Shown here one piece after another: positions 51,047 through 63,461 of a stretch of 64,000 bases of DNA. The notes under the pieces are model-generated. The model was not told where the DNA came from. It saw only the letters and a program-made list of their open reading frames with translations, and searched no databases. How positions within the stretch are numbered: position 1 is the stretch's first letter; the number at the start of each line of letters is the position of its first letter. A program made the position numbers and the translations under genes. Location: the NCBI GenBank assembly GCA_030390025.1, contig CM059425.1, positions 170,688,001-170,752,000 of the forward strand. The letters are read 5' to 3'. This DNA is from Squalus acanthias (lineage: Eukaryota).

Positions 51047-51851
51047 GGGAGGAATTTTAACCCCAAAAAACAGGTGGGTTGGGGTCGGGTGGGAGGTTAA
51101 AGAGTTAAAAACTGAATCCCAACCCCAACCCTCCTCCAACCCGCCCACTTCCGGTTTTAACAGACTTGGGACAGGGGGCGGGCAACCAAACTGTTCCCAG
51201 GAGGCGGGTCGCCCATTTAAATACTATGAGGCTGGCGTGCCTCATGGTGATCCACCATTACAAATTTACCTCTGGCTAGTCGGGTTTCCCGGGCCTTGGG
51301 GAACCTGCCAGCTAAAGGGAGGCAAGGACTGTTGGATCCAGGACGTAAGTGCCCTTCCACTTACCTCCTGGATCCAGTGCCCCTGCCGCACTGGCTGTGA
51401 TCGGACACCACCCCCCAGAGGTCTCTGCTCCCCCCACCCCCGAGGCCTCCGATTCCCCCATTAGGCCTACGGTCTCCGCCCGACCTCCCGTCCCTGAGGC
51501 CTCTGACCTCCCCACGAGGCCTCCGATCTCCCCGCCCCACAAGGCCTCCGATCTCCCCCCCGCCAACGAGGCCTCCGATCTCCCCCCCGCCCCCCATCCC
51601 TCCCTCCTTCCTCTCTGCACCCTAATGCCGCGGGCCTGCCCACCCGCAGCCAGTCAGCCTCTCCATCTACCCGCCCGCACCCAGTCAGCCTCTCCATCTG
51701 TCTGGCTGCAGGAGGGAATCGGTGCTTTGAAATGCTAATCAGGCCCTGCTGTTAAATTCGGCAGGGCCTGCAGGAAGCCCACTCTCCCGGGGTTCCCGAC
51801 CGCTATCTAACCCCACTGCTCCCGAACAACCTCCAGATTAAAATTCCAGAC
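51047..51851. mobile_element. Harbinger-type MITE family 1, complete
   Basis: GGGAGGAATTTTAA / TTAAAATTCCAGAC (11/14) with TAA on both flanks; colinear with 1-821. Confidence 0.85.
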
Positions 51852-52676
51852 TAACTGTAAATGCAACAGTATGGATTAATTTGTCACCATTGAATTTATG
51901 GATACTTTGTTATTTTCCATTTGAAATTCTTCACTGCTGCCTCCCTTTACCACTCTTCCTCCTTCAGCTGCAAGAAGGGGCCACTAACATCTCCACAGTT
52001 GCCATCAATAATGCTTTGAGACTGAAATACAGGAAATGGGATAGGACTGATTCTGCAGCTTTTTTCCTTCTCTCCCATCCCCAAGATAAAATTCAACACA
52101 AGACTCGTAAATTGCACCCTTATAAGGGGAGACTCATCCTGTGCCTCTCTCCCAACCTTGGATACAATAGGGTCGATTCTTCTCTTTGGGCTAACAGTGG
52201 GTCCCCGACAGGCACAGTGCACCCTAAGGGCTGGCCTCTGAGGTTTGCAGCTGTGCATCGGACTGCTGAGATTCTCAGGCAAAGGACTGGGCAAAATCTT
52301 CCCTAATATAAGAGTGATGAATGCTGCGATTTTCCCAAACACTTGGATTTGTTAATCAGGTTACAGTGAGCCTCAGCAAATCATAGACTGGGAATTTGCA
52401 TATGGTGTCACCACCACTTAAAAGTGTAAGCAGGTAAGTCAGCCATCTTCTTTGTCACAGTAAAATCCCCAACAATCTATTATTGGATTATTTTTCCATT
52501 ATCAATAACTTACAAGTGAGAAGCGATGGCAGCCAGAAAGAGCTAATTATTTAAGTAATTCTTGATCTGAGCATAAATTTAGTCTTTGCTATGTAACAGC
52601 TTTGGAATTAGGACAAAAAGAGACTTTAAAGCAAATTAAGTAAAAATAATAAATTAGAATGACCAAATAGAAATAA

Positions 52677-55600
52677 TTCATAGAGTCATAGATTCATAAC
52701 GGCACAGAAGGAGGCCATTCGGCCCATCGAGTCCGTGCCGGCTCTCTGTAGAGCAATCCAGTCAGTCCCATTCCCCCGCTCTATCCCCGTAGCCCTGCAA
52801 GTTTATTTCCCTCAAGTGCCTATCCAGTTTCCCCTTGAAAACATAGAAACATAGAAGATAGGAGCAGGAGTAGGCCATTTGGCCCCTCGAGCCTGCTCCG
52901 CCATTTAATGAGATCATGGCTGATCATCCAAATTCAGTACCCTGTCCCTGCTTTCTCCCCCTATCCCTTGGTCCCTTTAGTCTTAAGAAATATATCTAAC
53001 TCCTTCTTGAATATATTTAATGAATTGGCCTCAACTGCCTTCTGTGGTAGAGAATTCCACAGGTTCACCACTCTCTGGGTGAAGAAATTCCTCCTCATCT
53101 CAGTCCTAAATGGCTTACCCCTTATCCTTAGACTGTGACCCCTGGTTCTGGACTCCCCCGCTATCGGGAACATCCTTCCTGCATCTAGTCTGTCTAGTCC
53201 AGTTAGAATTTTATAAGTTTCAATGAGATCCCCTCTCATTCTTCTAAACTCTAGCGAATACAAGCCCAATCGTCCCAATCTCTTGTCATACATCATTCCT
53301 GCCATCCCAGGTATCAGTCTGGTGAATCTTCGCTGCACTCCCTCCATGGCAAGAACATCCTTCCTCAGATAAGGCGACCAAAACTGCACACAATACTCAA
53401 GGTGTGGTCTCACCAAGGCCCTGTACAACTGGAGCAAGACATCCTTGCTCCTGTACTCGAATCCTCTCGCTATGAAGGCCAACATACCATTTGCCTTCTT
53501 AACCGCCTGCTGCACCTACATGCTTACCTTCAACGACTGGTGCACAAGGACTCCCAGGTCTCGTTGCACTTCCCCTTTTCCCAATCTATTGCCGTTCAGA
53601 TAATAATCTGTCTTCCTGTTTTTGCCACCAAAGTGGATAACCTCGCATTTATCCACATTATACTGCATCTGCCCAATCGCCCAACTTGTCCAAATCATAC
53701 TGGAGTCTCTCGGCATCCTCCTCAGAACACATATTCCCACCCAGCTTTCTGTCGTCTGCAAACTTGGAGATACTACATCTAGTTCCCTCATGTAGATCAT
53801 TAATATATATTGTGAATAACTGGGGTCCTAGCACCGATCCCTGCGGTACCCCACTAGTCACTGCCTGCCACTCGGAAAAAGACCCGTTTATTCCAACTCT
53901 TTGCTTCCTGTCTGCCAACCAGTTCTCTATCCAAGTCAGTATCCTACCCCCAATCCCATGTGCTTTAACTTTGCACGCTAATCTCTTATGCGGGACCTTA
54001 TCGAAAGCCTTCTGAAAGTCCAAATACACCACATCCACTGGTTCTCCCTTACCTATTCTACCAGTTACATCCTCAAAAAATTCCAGTAGATTAGTCAAGC
54101 ATGATTTACCTTTTGTAAATCCATGTTGCCTTTGTCCGATCCTGTCACTGTTTTCCAAGTGCTCTGCTATTACATCTTTTATAATGGACTCTAGCATTTT
54201 CCCTACTACCGATGTCAGGCTTACCAGTCTATAATTCCCCATTTTCTCTCTACCACCTTTTTTAAATAGTGGGGTTACATTAGCTACCTCCAATCCATGG
54301 GAACTGTTCCAGAGTCTATAGAATTTTGGAAGATGACCAGCAATGCATCTACTATTTCTAGGGCTACTTCCTTAAGTACCCTAGGATGTAGGTTATCAGG
54401 CCCTGGGGATTTATCGGCCTTTAATCCCAGCAATTTCCCTAACACCATTTCCCTACAAATACTGATTTCATTCAGTTCTTCCCTCTCATTAGACCCTATG
54501 TTCCCCGGCATCTCTGGGAGGTTATTTGTGTCCTCCTTTGTGAAGACAGAACCAAAGTATGTATTTAATTGGTCTGCCATTTCTTTGTTCCCCATTATAA
54601 ATTCCCCTGATTCTGACTGCAAGGGACCTACCCTTGACTTCACCAATCTTTTTCTCTTCACATATCTATAAAAGCTTTACAGTCAGTTTTTATGTTCCCT
54701 GCAAGCTTACTCTCATACTCTATTTTCCCCTCTTAATTAATCCCTACTCATCCTTTGCTGAATCCTATACTGCTCCCAATCCTCAGGTTTGCTGCTTTTT
54801 CTGGCCAATTTATATGTCCTCTCCTTGGATCTTATGCTATCCCTAATTTCCCTTGTTAGCCACGGTTGAGTCACCTTTTTTGTTTTATTTTTATGCCAAA
54901 CAGGGATGAACAAATTCTGTAGTTCATCCATGCGATCTTTAAATGTTTGCCATTGCCTGTCCACCATCAACCCTTTAAGTAATGTTCCCCAATCCATCCT
55001 AGCCAATTCGTGCCTCATACCATCATAGTTTCCTTTATTTAAATTCAGGACCCTAGTCTCCGAGTCAACTACTTCACTCTCCATCTTAATGAAGAATTCT
55101 ATCATATTATGATCGCTCCTCCCCAAGGGGCCTCGCACAACAAGATTGCTAATTAATTCTTTCTCATTACATAATACCCAGTCTAAGATGGCCTGATCTC
55201 TAGTCGATTCCTCGACATATTGGTCCAGGAAACCATCCCGTATACACTCTAGGAATTCCTCCTCCACAGTATTGTTATATTGAGTGTCTTCGCTTCCACC
55301 ACTTGCATCGGCAGCGAATTCCAGGTCATCACCACTTGCTGTGTAAAAAAGTTTTTCCTCACATCTCCCCTGTATCTCTTGCCCAAAGCCTTAAATCTGT
55401 GTCCCCTAGTCCTTGGACCATCAACTAGTGGGAACAGCCTTTCCCCGTCTAGCCTATCCAAACCCGTCATAATCTTGTACACCTCTATCAAATCACCCCG
55501 CAACCTCCTTTGCTCTAATGAAAACAAATCCAGCTTCTCCTACCTGTCCTTGTAGCTAAGATCCCCCATCCCCGGAATCATTCTGGTAAATCTTCTCTGC

Positions 55601-56265
55601 ACCCTCTCAAGTGCCTTCACATCCTTCCTAAAGTGTGGTGACCAGAACTGGATGCAATACTCCAGTTGTGGGCTAACCAGCGCTTTATAAAGCTTCACCA
55701 TAACTTCCCTGCCACCTTCAGGGACCTATGCACATTAACTCTCAGGTCCCTCTGTCCCTGCACACTCTTTAAAACTGTGCCATTAAGTGTATATTGCCTC
55801 TCCCTGTTCCTTCTGCCAAAATGTATCATCTCACACTTCTCTGTATTAAATTCCATCTGCCACTTGTCTGCCCATTCTGCTAGCCTTTCTATGTCCTGTT
55901 GCAGTCGATTGATATCATCATCACTGTTTGCCACACCCCCAAGTTTGGTATCATCGTCAAATTTAGAAATTCTACTCTGTATTCCAATATCCAGGTCATT
56001 TATATATATCAAAAAAAGCAGTGGCCCCAGCACTGACCCTTGGGGAACACCACTGTCTACCATCCTCCAGTCTGAAAAATAGCCATTTACCACAACTCGC
56101 TGTTTCTGTCCTTAAGCCAATTCCTTATCCAAGCTGCCACTGACCCACCTATTCCATGAGCCTCAATTTTGTTAACCAGCCTTCTATGTGGTACTTTGTC
56201 AAATCCATGTGGACAACATCCATTGCATTCCCTTCATCAATGCTCCCTGTTACTTCATCAAAAGG
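52677..56265 (-). mobile_element. 5'-truncated CR1 (same subfamily as 42986-44640), split by a nested CR1
   Basis: Pieces 52677-52844 and 55279-56265 rejoin at ccccttgaaaacat|tgagtgtc; ORFs 55695-56093 and 55249-55527; internal deletion near 55710. Confidence 0.9.
52842..55278 (-). mobile_element. 5'-truncated CR1 (same subfamily as 38425-42985)
   Basis: ORFs 54737-55267, 54284-54661, 53658-54293 and 52961-53515; (tttctatg)n tail at 52842. Confidence 0.92.
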
Positions 56266-56269
56266 CTCT

Positions 56270-56560
56270 GGCAGTAGTTGTCTACAGACCTGAATGTAAT
56301 AATGTAGTGGGGGATGTATAAATACAGAGATCAGGGAAGCATGTAGCAAAAACAATGTATTTGTAATGAGAGATTTTAATTTTCACGTAGACTTGGAGAA
56401 GCAGAATAGCTCAACTAGTGAAGGCAATTAATTTTTTGAATGTACTACTCAGGACAGTTTTCTCGAACTAATATGTTTTAAAACCGATACAGGAACCGGC
56501 TATACTAGCTTTAGTTAACAATCTGATGTTACTGAAACATCTTGCAAATTGTGACCCTAA
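56270..56560 (+). mobile_element. Decayed CR1 endonuclease fragment
   Basis: gagatcagggaagcatgtagc...gtaatgagagattttaat (EIREAC...VM.DFN) and caggacagttttct. Confidence 0.55.
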
Positions 56561-56994
56561 TCTAATTGAAATATGCACCAGATGGTGTGTCACAAATAGT
56601 TGTCCCCCGCTGTGCCCTTCACAACTTCACCATTCAAGAAGGGCTGGGTTTGACATTGCTGGTGAGGAGGCCACTGCTCCATTGGATCCAGAATAACATG
56701 GCACAGAGTATCAAGATGACCAACACTCAGAGGACTCCTCAGTGACTGCTAAAAGGGCTATCAGAGCACATCTCATCGCTGAAGTCTTCTCTTCTGTGTA
56801 ACATAATCCACCTTTGACACCACCGCCTTATTTTTTTCTCCTCCACTTTCCATAAAGGGATGTTCCCTCAATCCACTACCCATCTAACAACATGACATTT
56901 TGTCAGCCTTCTCAGCCCTTGCATGAGCATGCCAATAATCAGCACCTGAGTGATTAAGACAGCACCATATAAGTGCACTCTTTTCAGTATGACT

Positions 56995-58030
56995 AAGAAC
57001 ATAAGAACATAAGAAATAGGAGCAGGAGTAGGCCATTCGGCCCCTCGAGCCTGCTCCACCATTCAATAAGATCATGGCTGATCTTCTACCTCTACTCCAC
57101 TTTCCTGCACTATCCCCTATCCCTTGATTCCCTTAATATCCAAAAATCTATCGATCTCTGTCTTGAATATACTCAACGACTGAGCCTCCACAGCCCTCTG
57201 GGGTAGAGATTTCCAAAGATTCACCACCCTCTGAGTGAAGAAATTTCTCCTCATCTCAGTCCTAAATAGCCGACCCCTTATTCTGAGACTGTGACCCCTG
57301 GTTCTCGACTCCCCAGCCAGGGGAAACATCCTCCCTGCATCTACTCTGTCAAGCCCTGTAAGAAGTGTGTATGTTTCAATGAGATCACCTCTCATTCTTT
57401 TAAACTCTAGAGAATATAGGGCTAGTCTACTCAATCTTTCCTCATAGGACAATCCCCCCATCCCAGGAATCAGTCTGGTGAACCTTTGTTGCACTCCCTC
57501 TATGGAAGTATATCCTTCCTTAGGTAAGGAGATCAAAACTGTACACAATACTCCAGGTGTGGTCCCACCAGGGCCCTATATAATTGCAGTAAGACGTCTT
57601 TACACTTATACTCAAATCCTCTTTTAATAAAAGCCAACATACCATTTGCTTTCCTAATTGCTTGCTGTACCTGCATTTTAACATTCAGTGATTTATGTAC
57701 AAGGACACCCAGGTCCCTCTGAACACCAACATTTCCCAATCTCTCACCATTTAAAAAATACTCTGCTTTTCTATTTTTCCTACCAAAGTGGATAACTTCA
57801 CATTTCTCCACATTATATTCCATTTGCCATGTCCTTACCCACTCACTGAGCCTGTCTATATCCCCTTGAAGCCTCTTTGCATCCTCCTCACAACTTACAT
57901 TCCCACCCAGCTTTGTAACATCAGCAAACTTGGATATATTACATTTGGTCCCCTCATCCAAATCATTGATATAGATTGTGAATAGCTGAGGCCCAAACAC
58001 TGATCCTTGCGGTACCCCATGAGTAACAAA
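56995..58030 (-). mobile_element. 5'-truncated CR1 LINE
   Basis: ORFs 57533-58000 (YINDLDEGT, KFADVTKL) and 57117-57548; (ttcttatg)n tail. Confidence 0.92.
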
Positions 58031-58074
58031 TTGCCATGTCAGTGCACATACAATTTTAATATAATGGAAGTAAA

Positions 58075-58230
58075 ATTATTTGGAAACAACATTAAAAAAG
58101 TATGGGGAAAGGGCAAGTGAATGGGGACTAAGTAGCTACCTCCTTCAGAGAGGCAACGCAGGTGCAATGGGCTGAATTGGCTCCCTTTGTGCTGTAGAAT
58201 TCTATGATACTATTATTCTCTTCTATGATT
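58075..58230 (+). mobile_element. Old CR1 3' tail
   Basis: tatggggaaagggcaagtgaatgggg...gggctgaattggctccctttgtgctgtagaattctatgat. Confidence 0.6.
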
Positions 58231-58949
58231 TCCAGTTTGACCTGTTTGAAAGAACTCAAGGACTATATATTACGAGGCCCTGCAAACTAAGTTGTTAGAT
58301 TGGGAGTGTTAAGAGCACACGTAATGTCAACCAAGTGACCCTGCAGCCAATTATGGGTGTGAGTACCTGTACAAGCATCGTGCAGCTAGATTTTGTTTGA
58401 AGTATATTTTGGGTAAAACCCTTTAAGAATGTCAGTGTGGCAAGAGTTACAGATAGAAACTGTTGCTGGAAAGTGTGCACTGCTGCAAAATCCGCATGGA
58501 TGGTAATATTCAAAGAGCTGCCTGGAAGGTAGCCTGAATTGAAAGAAAAACTTTGTGGCATGCATAGTTCGGATAAAGCTGTGGTGGCTAGTTTTACCCT
58601 GGTGGCTTGGTTTACTTAGGTCTCTAAACTTCTTCTGCATTTCCAGCCAAGTCATGGTAGAAACACCATTGATATGGGCCACCACCTCCTCCCATGCATG
58701 CTGTATAGCTCAACTGTGTGGACAGTGCATTACAGTGCCAAACAGGGCAAATTTCCTCTGCGACACTTCTCCTGATGCATTGGCAAATCGGGGGCTTGTG
58801 GATGCTTGTGCTCCATTGTGAAAATGATTGCTTATATGATCAAACCTTTATTCACCAAAAACACCCTTTAAGCTGCAATTCTAGATCTCTAAATAACAGC
58901 AACATAAGCTTGGTCAAAAAGTTGGATTTTACAAAGGCCCAACCCACCA

Positions 58950-59262
58950 AGAATTCTGCGTTCCTCCAACTCTGGCCTCTTGTGCATCCCCCACTTCCTT
59001 TGCCCCACCATTGGCGGCCATGGTTTCAACCATCTAGGCCCTAAGCTCGGGAATTCCCTCCCTAAACCTCCCTAAACCTCTCTGCCTCTCCACCTCTCTC
59101 TCCTCCTTTAAAACTATGCTTAAAACCGATCTCTTTGACCAAGTGTTTGGTCACCTGTCCTAATGCTTCCTTTTTTGGCTCAGTGTCAATATTTATCAGA
59201 TAATACTCCTGTGAACCCCCTTGGGACCTTTTACTATGTTAAAGGTGCAATATAATTGTTGT
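58950..59262 (+). mobile_element. L2-clade LINE 3' end
   Basis: ccctaagctcgggaattccctccctaaacc...tactatgttaaaggtgcaatataa; reverse-complement homolog of 848-1130. Confidence 0.75.
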
Positions 59263-59437
59263 TCTTGTTGTTTTTAAAGGTGGTGGAAAAGTGGAAAGGC
59301 AGAGGTTGTATGGGAGATAAGAGTACAGATTTACATAGTAACAAAGTAATGCTTTGGACAAGGGAAGGCCATTGGTGCTTCTAGTTTCTACTTTCAAACA
59401 TCCCATCGGCTTCCTAACCATGATTCTAGAACGAGTA

Positions 59438-59630
59438 GCCCTGTATTTTCTAAAATGTTCATGGATTGAGTGGGAACTTGTGCCCTCCAGAACTGTGCAT
59501 GTCTGATCCCACTGAATTTTCTGGGCTCAGGCCTAATTAATTAGCAAGCTCCCAGCATAAAATAGCCAGACACAAAGCCTGCAGCACTTGATTCCTGCTC
59601 AATCCACAAACATTATGGAAAACACAGGGC
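59438..59630. mobile_element. Fold-back MITE with ~46-bp imperfect TIRs
   Basis: gccctgtattttctaaaatgttcatggattgagtgggaacttgtgc pairs with gcacttgattcctgctcaatccacaaacattatggaaaacacagggc; TA on both flanks. Confidence 0.7.
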
Positions 59631-59634
59631 TATT

Positions 59635-60694
59635 GGACTGAATCTTAACTCCCAAAAACGGGTGGGTTGGGTTAGTGTCAGTGATTAAAATGCAAAAAAT
59701 CTGGAGCAGGAACGGATCCCGCCTCGAACACGCCCACTTCTGGTTTTAACGGAGGCGGGATGAGAGGCAGGCAACAAATCCACTCGCGGGAAGCAGGTTG
59801 GTCATTTAATTATTATAATGAGGCTGCCTGCCTTCAATTTAACAGTGATTCTATTTTTAACCGCAGTCGGCCAAGTTTCGCTGGCCTTGGGAAACTCGGC
59901 AGCTGAAAGCAGGCGAGAAGGGCTGAATCCTTGAGATAAGTGCCTTTACAGCACTGCTTGTGGGCCAGGAGGAGCAGGCCTGCTTCCTCCATGCCCAACA
60001 AGCTCACCTGTAAACTCCCCCCCACCCCCCGCGATCTCTCTGCTCCCCCCCGACCATCGGACCTCATGACCACCATCGGAGCCCCCAAACTCCATCTGCT
60101 GCCCCGACCACCATCAGACCCACCCCCACAATCAGGACACCAGACCATCGTCGGACTCTCCCCTTCAATCGGGACACCCCCGGACGACTATCAGACTCCC
60201 CCCCTCTGCGATCCAGACACCCCCCTACCCCACGTGTTCCGGACCCCCCACGATCTAAACCCCCAGCGGTCAGAACCAATGTTCCTTTTAAGCTCAGCAG
60301 CTCCCATGCAGCCGGCTCACTGGCTTTTAAATAGGAAAAAACACGCATGCACGGTATTTTGAATGGGCCATGCAGACTCTAGAGGCCGCGCACCCAAAAA
60401 AAAATTAAAGGGAACATTGGTCCGGACCCCCACCCCGCAATCGGATCCCCCCGCCCCGATCTCACTCCCCCAGTACACCTACCTGCTCTCGTAGCCTTCG
60501 GCCTTGTGAAGCAGGCTTCCCGCCCATCAAAAGGCCTCCAACCTGTCAATCAGGCCATCTGTCGGTGGGAACCCCACTTAAATGAGCCCTACAATTAAAT
60601 TCTGCAGTACATTTGGGAAAACTGTTCTTTCGGGTTTCCTGACCTCACAATAGCCACCCAGCACAGAACTCGCCTCCAGGCTAAAATCCTGGCC
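59635..60694. mobile_element. Harbinger-type MITE related to family 1
   Basis: GGACTGAATCTT / AAAATCCTGGCC (8/12) with ATT on both flanks; 5' 300 bp colinear with 51047 onward; C-rich repeat core. Confidence 0.8.
60277..60419. mobile_element. Short hAT-like MITE nested in 59635-60694
   Basis: TIR CAATGTTCCTTTTAA / TTAAAGGGAACATTG (14/15). Flanks GTCAGAAC / GTCCGGAC (6/8) fit a decayed 8-bp TSD. Confidence 0.75.
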
Positions 60695-61034
60695 ATTGTT
60701 TCTAAAATCACAGTAAGAAACGTGATGGGAGATTGGAAGGGCAGGCTAGATGGTCCAATGGTCTTCTGCCCAAAATATTACTAATTCACTGTATAAATCT
60801 GCACTACTGTCTCCTACTTTTAAGTTATTCTTTACCAGCAGCACAAAACTGTGGAACCTGTTACCTCCCTCCAGCTGCCCTTGCTTCTACAAACTTTTAA
60901 AAAACAAGCTTCATGTCATCTAATCATTGCTTCTTGATTTACCTCATCTTCCTTCCTACTTATTTCAACCTTGGTGCTGCCAGCAATTTGGGCCCTTAAC
61001 CTTTGTGTCTCAGGTTCTGGAATGTTTCGTCTGT

Positions 61035-61275
61035 TCCAGGGGAGTTATCCCTGGTGTCCTGGCCAATATTTATCCCTCAACCAACATAACAAAAACAGAT
61101 GATCTGGTCATTATCACATTGCTGTTTGTGGGAGCTTGCTGTGTGCAAATTGGCTGCCGTGTTTCCCACATTACAACAGTGACTCCACTTCAAAAGTACT
61201 TCATTGACTGTAAAGCGCTTTGAGACGTCCGGTGGTCGTGAAAGGCGCTATATAAATGCAAGTCTTTCTTTTTTT
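61035..61275 (+). mobile_element. Deu-domain SINE 3' part
   Basis: cctggccaatatttatccctcaacc...ttgctgtttgtgggagcttgctgtgtgcaaattggctgcc...aaggcgctatataaatgcaagtctttc. Confidence 0.8.
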
Positions 61276-61904
61276 CCCTTAGCCAATAACTGGTGAAGTT
61301 CACCCATTAAGTGTAGCCAAATTTGAATGGTAGTCAAGGATAGGAATTAAACTTCAAGTACTTTGATTGCAAGAAGAATCCATTACTGCTAAAGCCACCC
61401 GATGACTGAATTGACATTTTAAGATTAAGATGCATGGGTCTCTGTGCAGTTTTATAATTATTAATCTTCCCATCCAGCCCATACTGTAGCACTAAATGTA
61501 GAAAACAATCACATAGAACCAAACCCTTCTTCAACGGTACATCTATGATGGGCTCGTACATAGCCTAAGTCCGAATGTAATAAAACCTACTGTCAAGGCA
61601 AAGCAATAGAGGAGCGGTTATAATTAATTTTACCTGTATAAGGCACCCTTATATCTAATCTAATCTGAGATGCTATAATTAAAACTTTCATCCTTACCAT
61701 AGCAGAGACATAGCAGCAATTATTGCCTATAATTACTGGAGGAAACTATATTGTTCATATTTTAATTAAAGTGCTTGTTGAGTTTATATTGTACGTGGGA
61801 TAAATTAATAGAAATAAAATTGATTTGAGAAAGAATAAGTAAAAAGCATATGGTATTAATAAGAAAATTGTCATGACATTCTCCAACAACAATTTACAAA
61901 CATA

Positions 61905-63330
61905 AGGACCTAGAAATTCGATCTAAGCACTACGGCAACCCTCACTTCCACACACCTCACATTTTAAACACATTCGACCATGACAGGCGCATCCTCAAAA
62001 CTGCTCACAAGGCTGTCACTAACACACTCCCTTCTTGCAGGAGAAGGTCATGCACAACATTAGGCAGGAGGCGATGACTGGAGGAGACCGAGCTCGCCTG
62101 CACGCCCTTTTCCCATTGGAGGGAGACATGCTGGACATCATGGGCAGGGGACGAGTCATGACCGTGGCAAGTGGCAACACTGGAGGAAAAGACTTGCAGG
62201 GTTTCTTCACACTTTACCCTCTTTTTCCCTTCTTACTTCTATCTCACTCTACACACTCTGCATGACAAACTACATCTGCTTTCACCAGCCACTCAATGTT
62301 CTCTGCTCTCCCTTCACAATGAAAGCTAACCCTTATTCCTCTCTTTCATTTGAGGTGCTGAAAATGTCAAAGCCACTGTGCCACTTCAGAAAGAGGAGGC
62401 CAGCATTCCTGAAGATGCACCACAGCAAGCACAAGTTCAGATATTAGCACCTTGCGTACTTTAGAGAATAGGTCAGAGTTGAGATTTTCACATGGTGAAT
62501 CACTTCGCACAAGTGTGCAGGAGCTGGGGCAGTGGGCTAGGACACCACAGGTACCACTGCACTAGAGGGCGAGATTGCATACTAGTTCTGCTGCAGAGGA
62601 CTCAACTGCTGACCTTGAGGTCCCAGGTAACCGTAGAAGGCTAATGAGCATACGCCAGAAAATGCTAGGTGCATTGGGCAGCCTGCCAGTGAGCTTGTGC
62701 ACAATCTCTCAGAACATGGAGGAGTCCAGCTCCAACTTAACATGGACCGAGTGGTCAGCTTTATGAACAGGACAGTGGCGCCCACCATGACAGAGCCCCT
62801 GTAGACAGCTCTGACAGCTTCCATGGCAGCTCAAAGTGATGCCATGGAAGCTGAAATGGTTGCCATCTTGGCTCTGGGGATCAGTGTCGACAGAGCATCA
62901 CATCACTCCTGCGCTTTGGTCTCACACAGAGCCATGGCAGTGATGAGATCACAGTCCCAGGAGAGTGGCCTTTGCTCCATGGGAGAGGCACCTGCTGTCC
63001 TCTCTCAGGGTGACAGTATACCTGCTCCTTCGCCACCCACTCCACCAGTGCCCTTGTTAGTACCATATAGCCAGCTGGGCCAGACTGTCCTGGCCGAGGT
63101 CGAGATGCTGCAGTCTGCAGAGAGGCCCTCAAGGACCAGAGCTGCTGGAGGTCGCCCACCACAGCCATTGGAAGTGTCCTCAATGGAAGCCCAGCAGCCT
63201 TCCACCTCCCAAGCTGTAGCCACTGTGGATACACCATATTAAAGCATTAGGATAGGGAAAACGAGCACACAAGACAAGCACTAAGGCATTTCACAGGGGT
63301 GATTCTTAATTATTCCTGTTAATATTTGAC
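61905..63330 (+). pseudogene. Harbinger remnant retaining exons 2-3 of the Myb-like gene
   Basis: ttcttgcAG|EKVMHNIRQEAMTGGD...LDIMG matches exon 2 of the gene at 21894. PAVLSQGDSIPAPS...EMLQSAERPSRTRAAGGRP...QQPSTS matches the exon-3 C-terminus. Confidence 0.8.
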
Positions 63331-63461
63331 ACAGATGAAATGTTAGATAAATTGTTTTCTGGTATGGATTTTGTGTTGGTGGTTCTATTCAAAGTCAAGT
63401 GAGGGCAAGACCCATAATACTGGGCTGAAGGAAGGCAATAGAACGGTGGTAGTATGGGGGG

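Larger units (their letters stand above)
56570..58900 (+). mobile_element. Highly decayed Harbinger remnant split by CR1 fragments
   Basis: tgtgcccttcacaacttc (CALHNF, transposase C-terminus) at ~56610 on +; Myb-like VAHINGVSTMTWLEMQKKFRDL on - (58386-58685). Confidence 0.55.

Noticed and set aside
52360..52433. Plus-strand exon-like segment ending CAG|GTAAGT
   Set aside because: All three frames contain stops.
39917..56082. Numerous ORFs antisense to CR1 ORF2
   Set aside because: Shadow frames of RT/endonuclease coding sequence, recurring in every CR1 copy.
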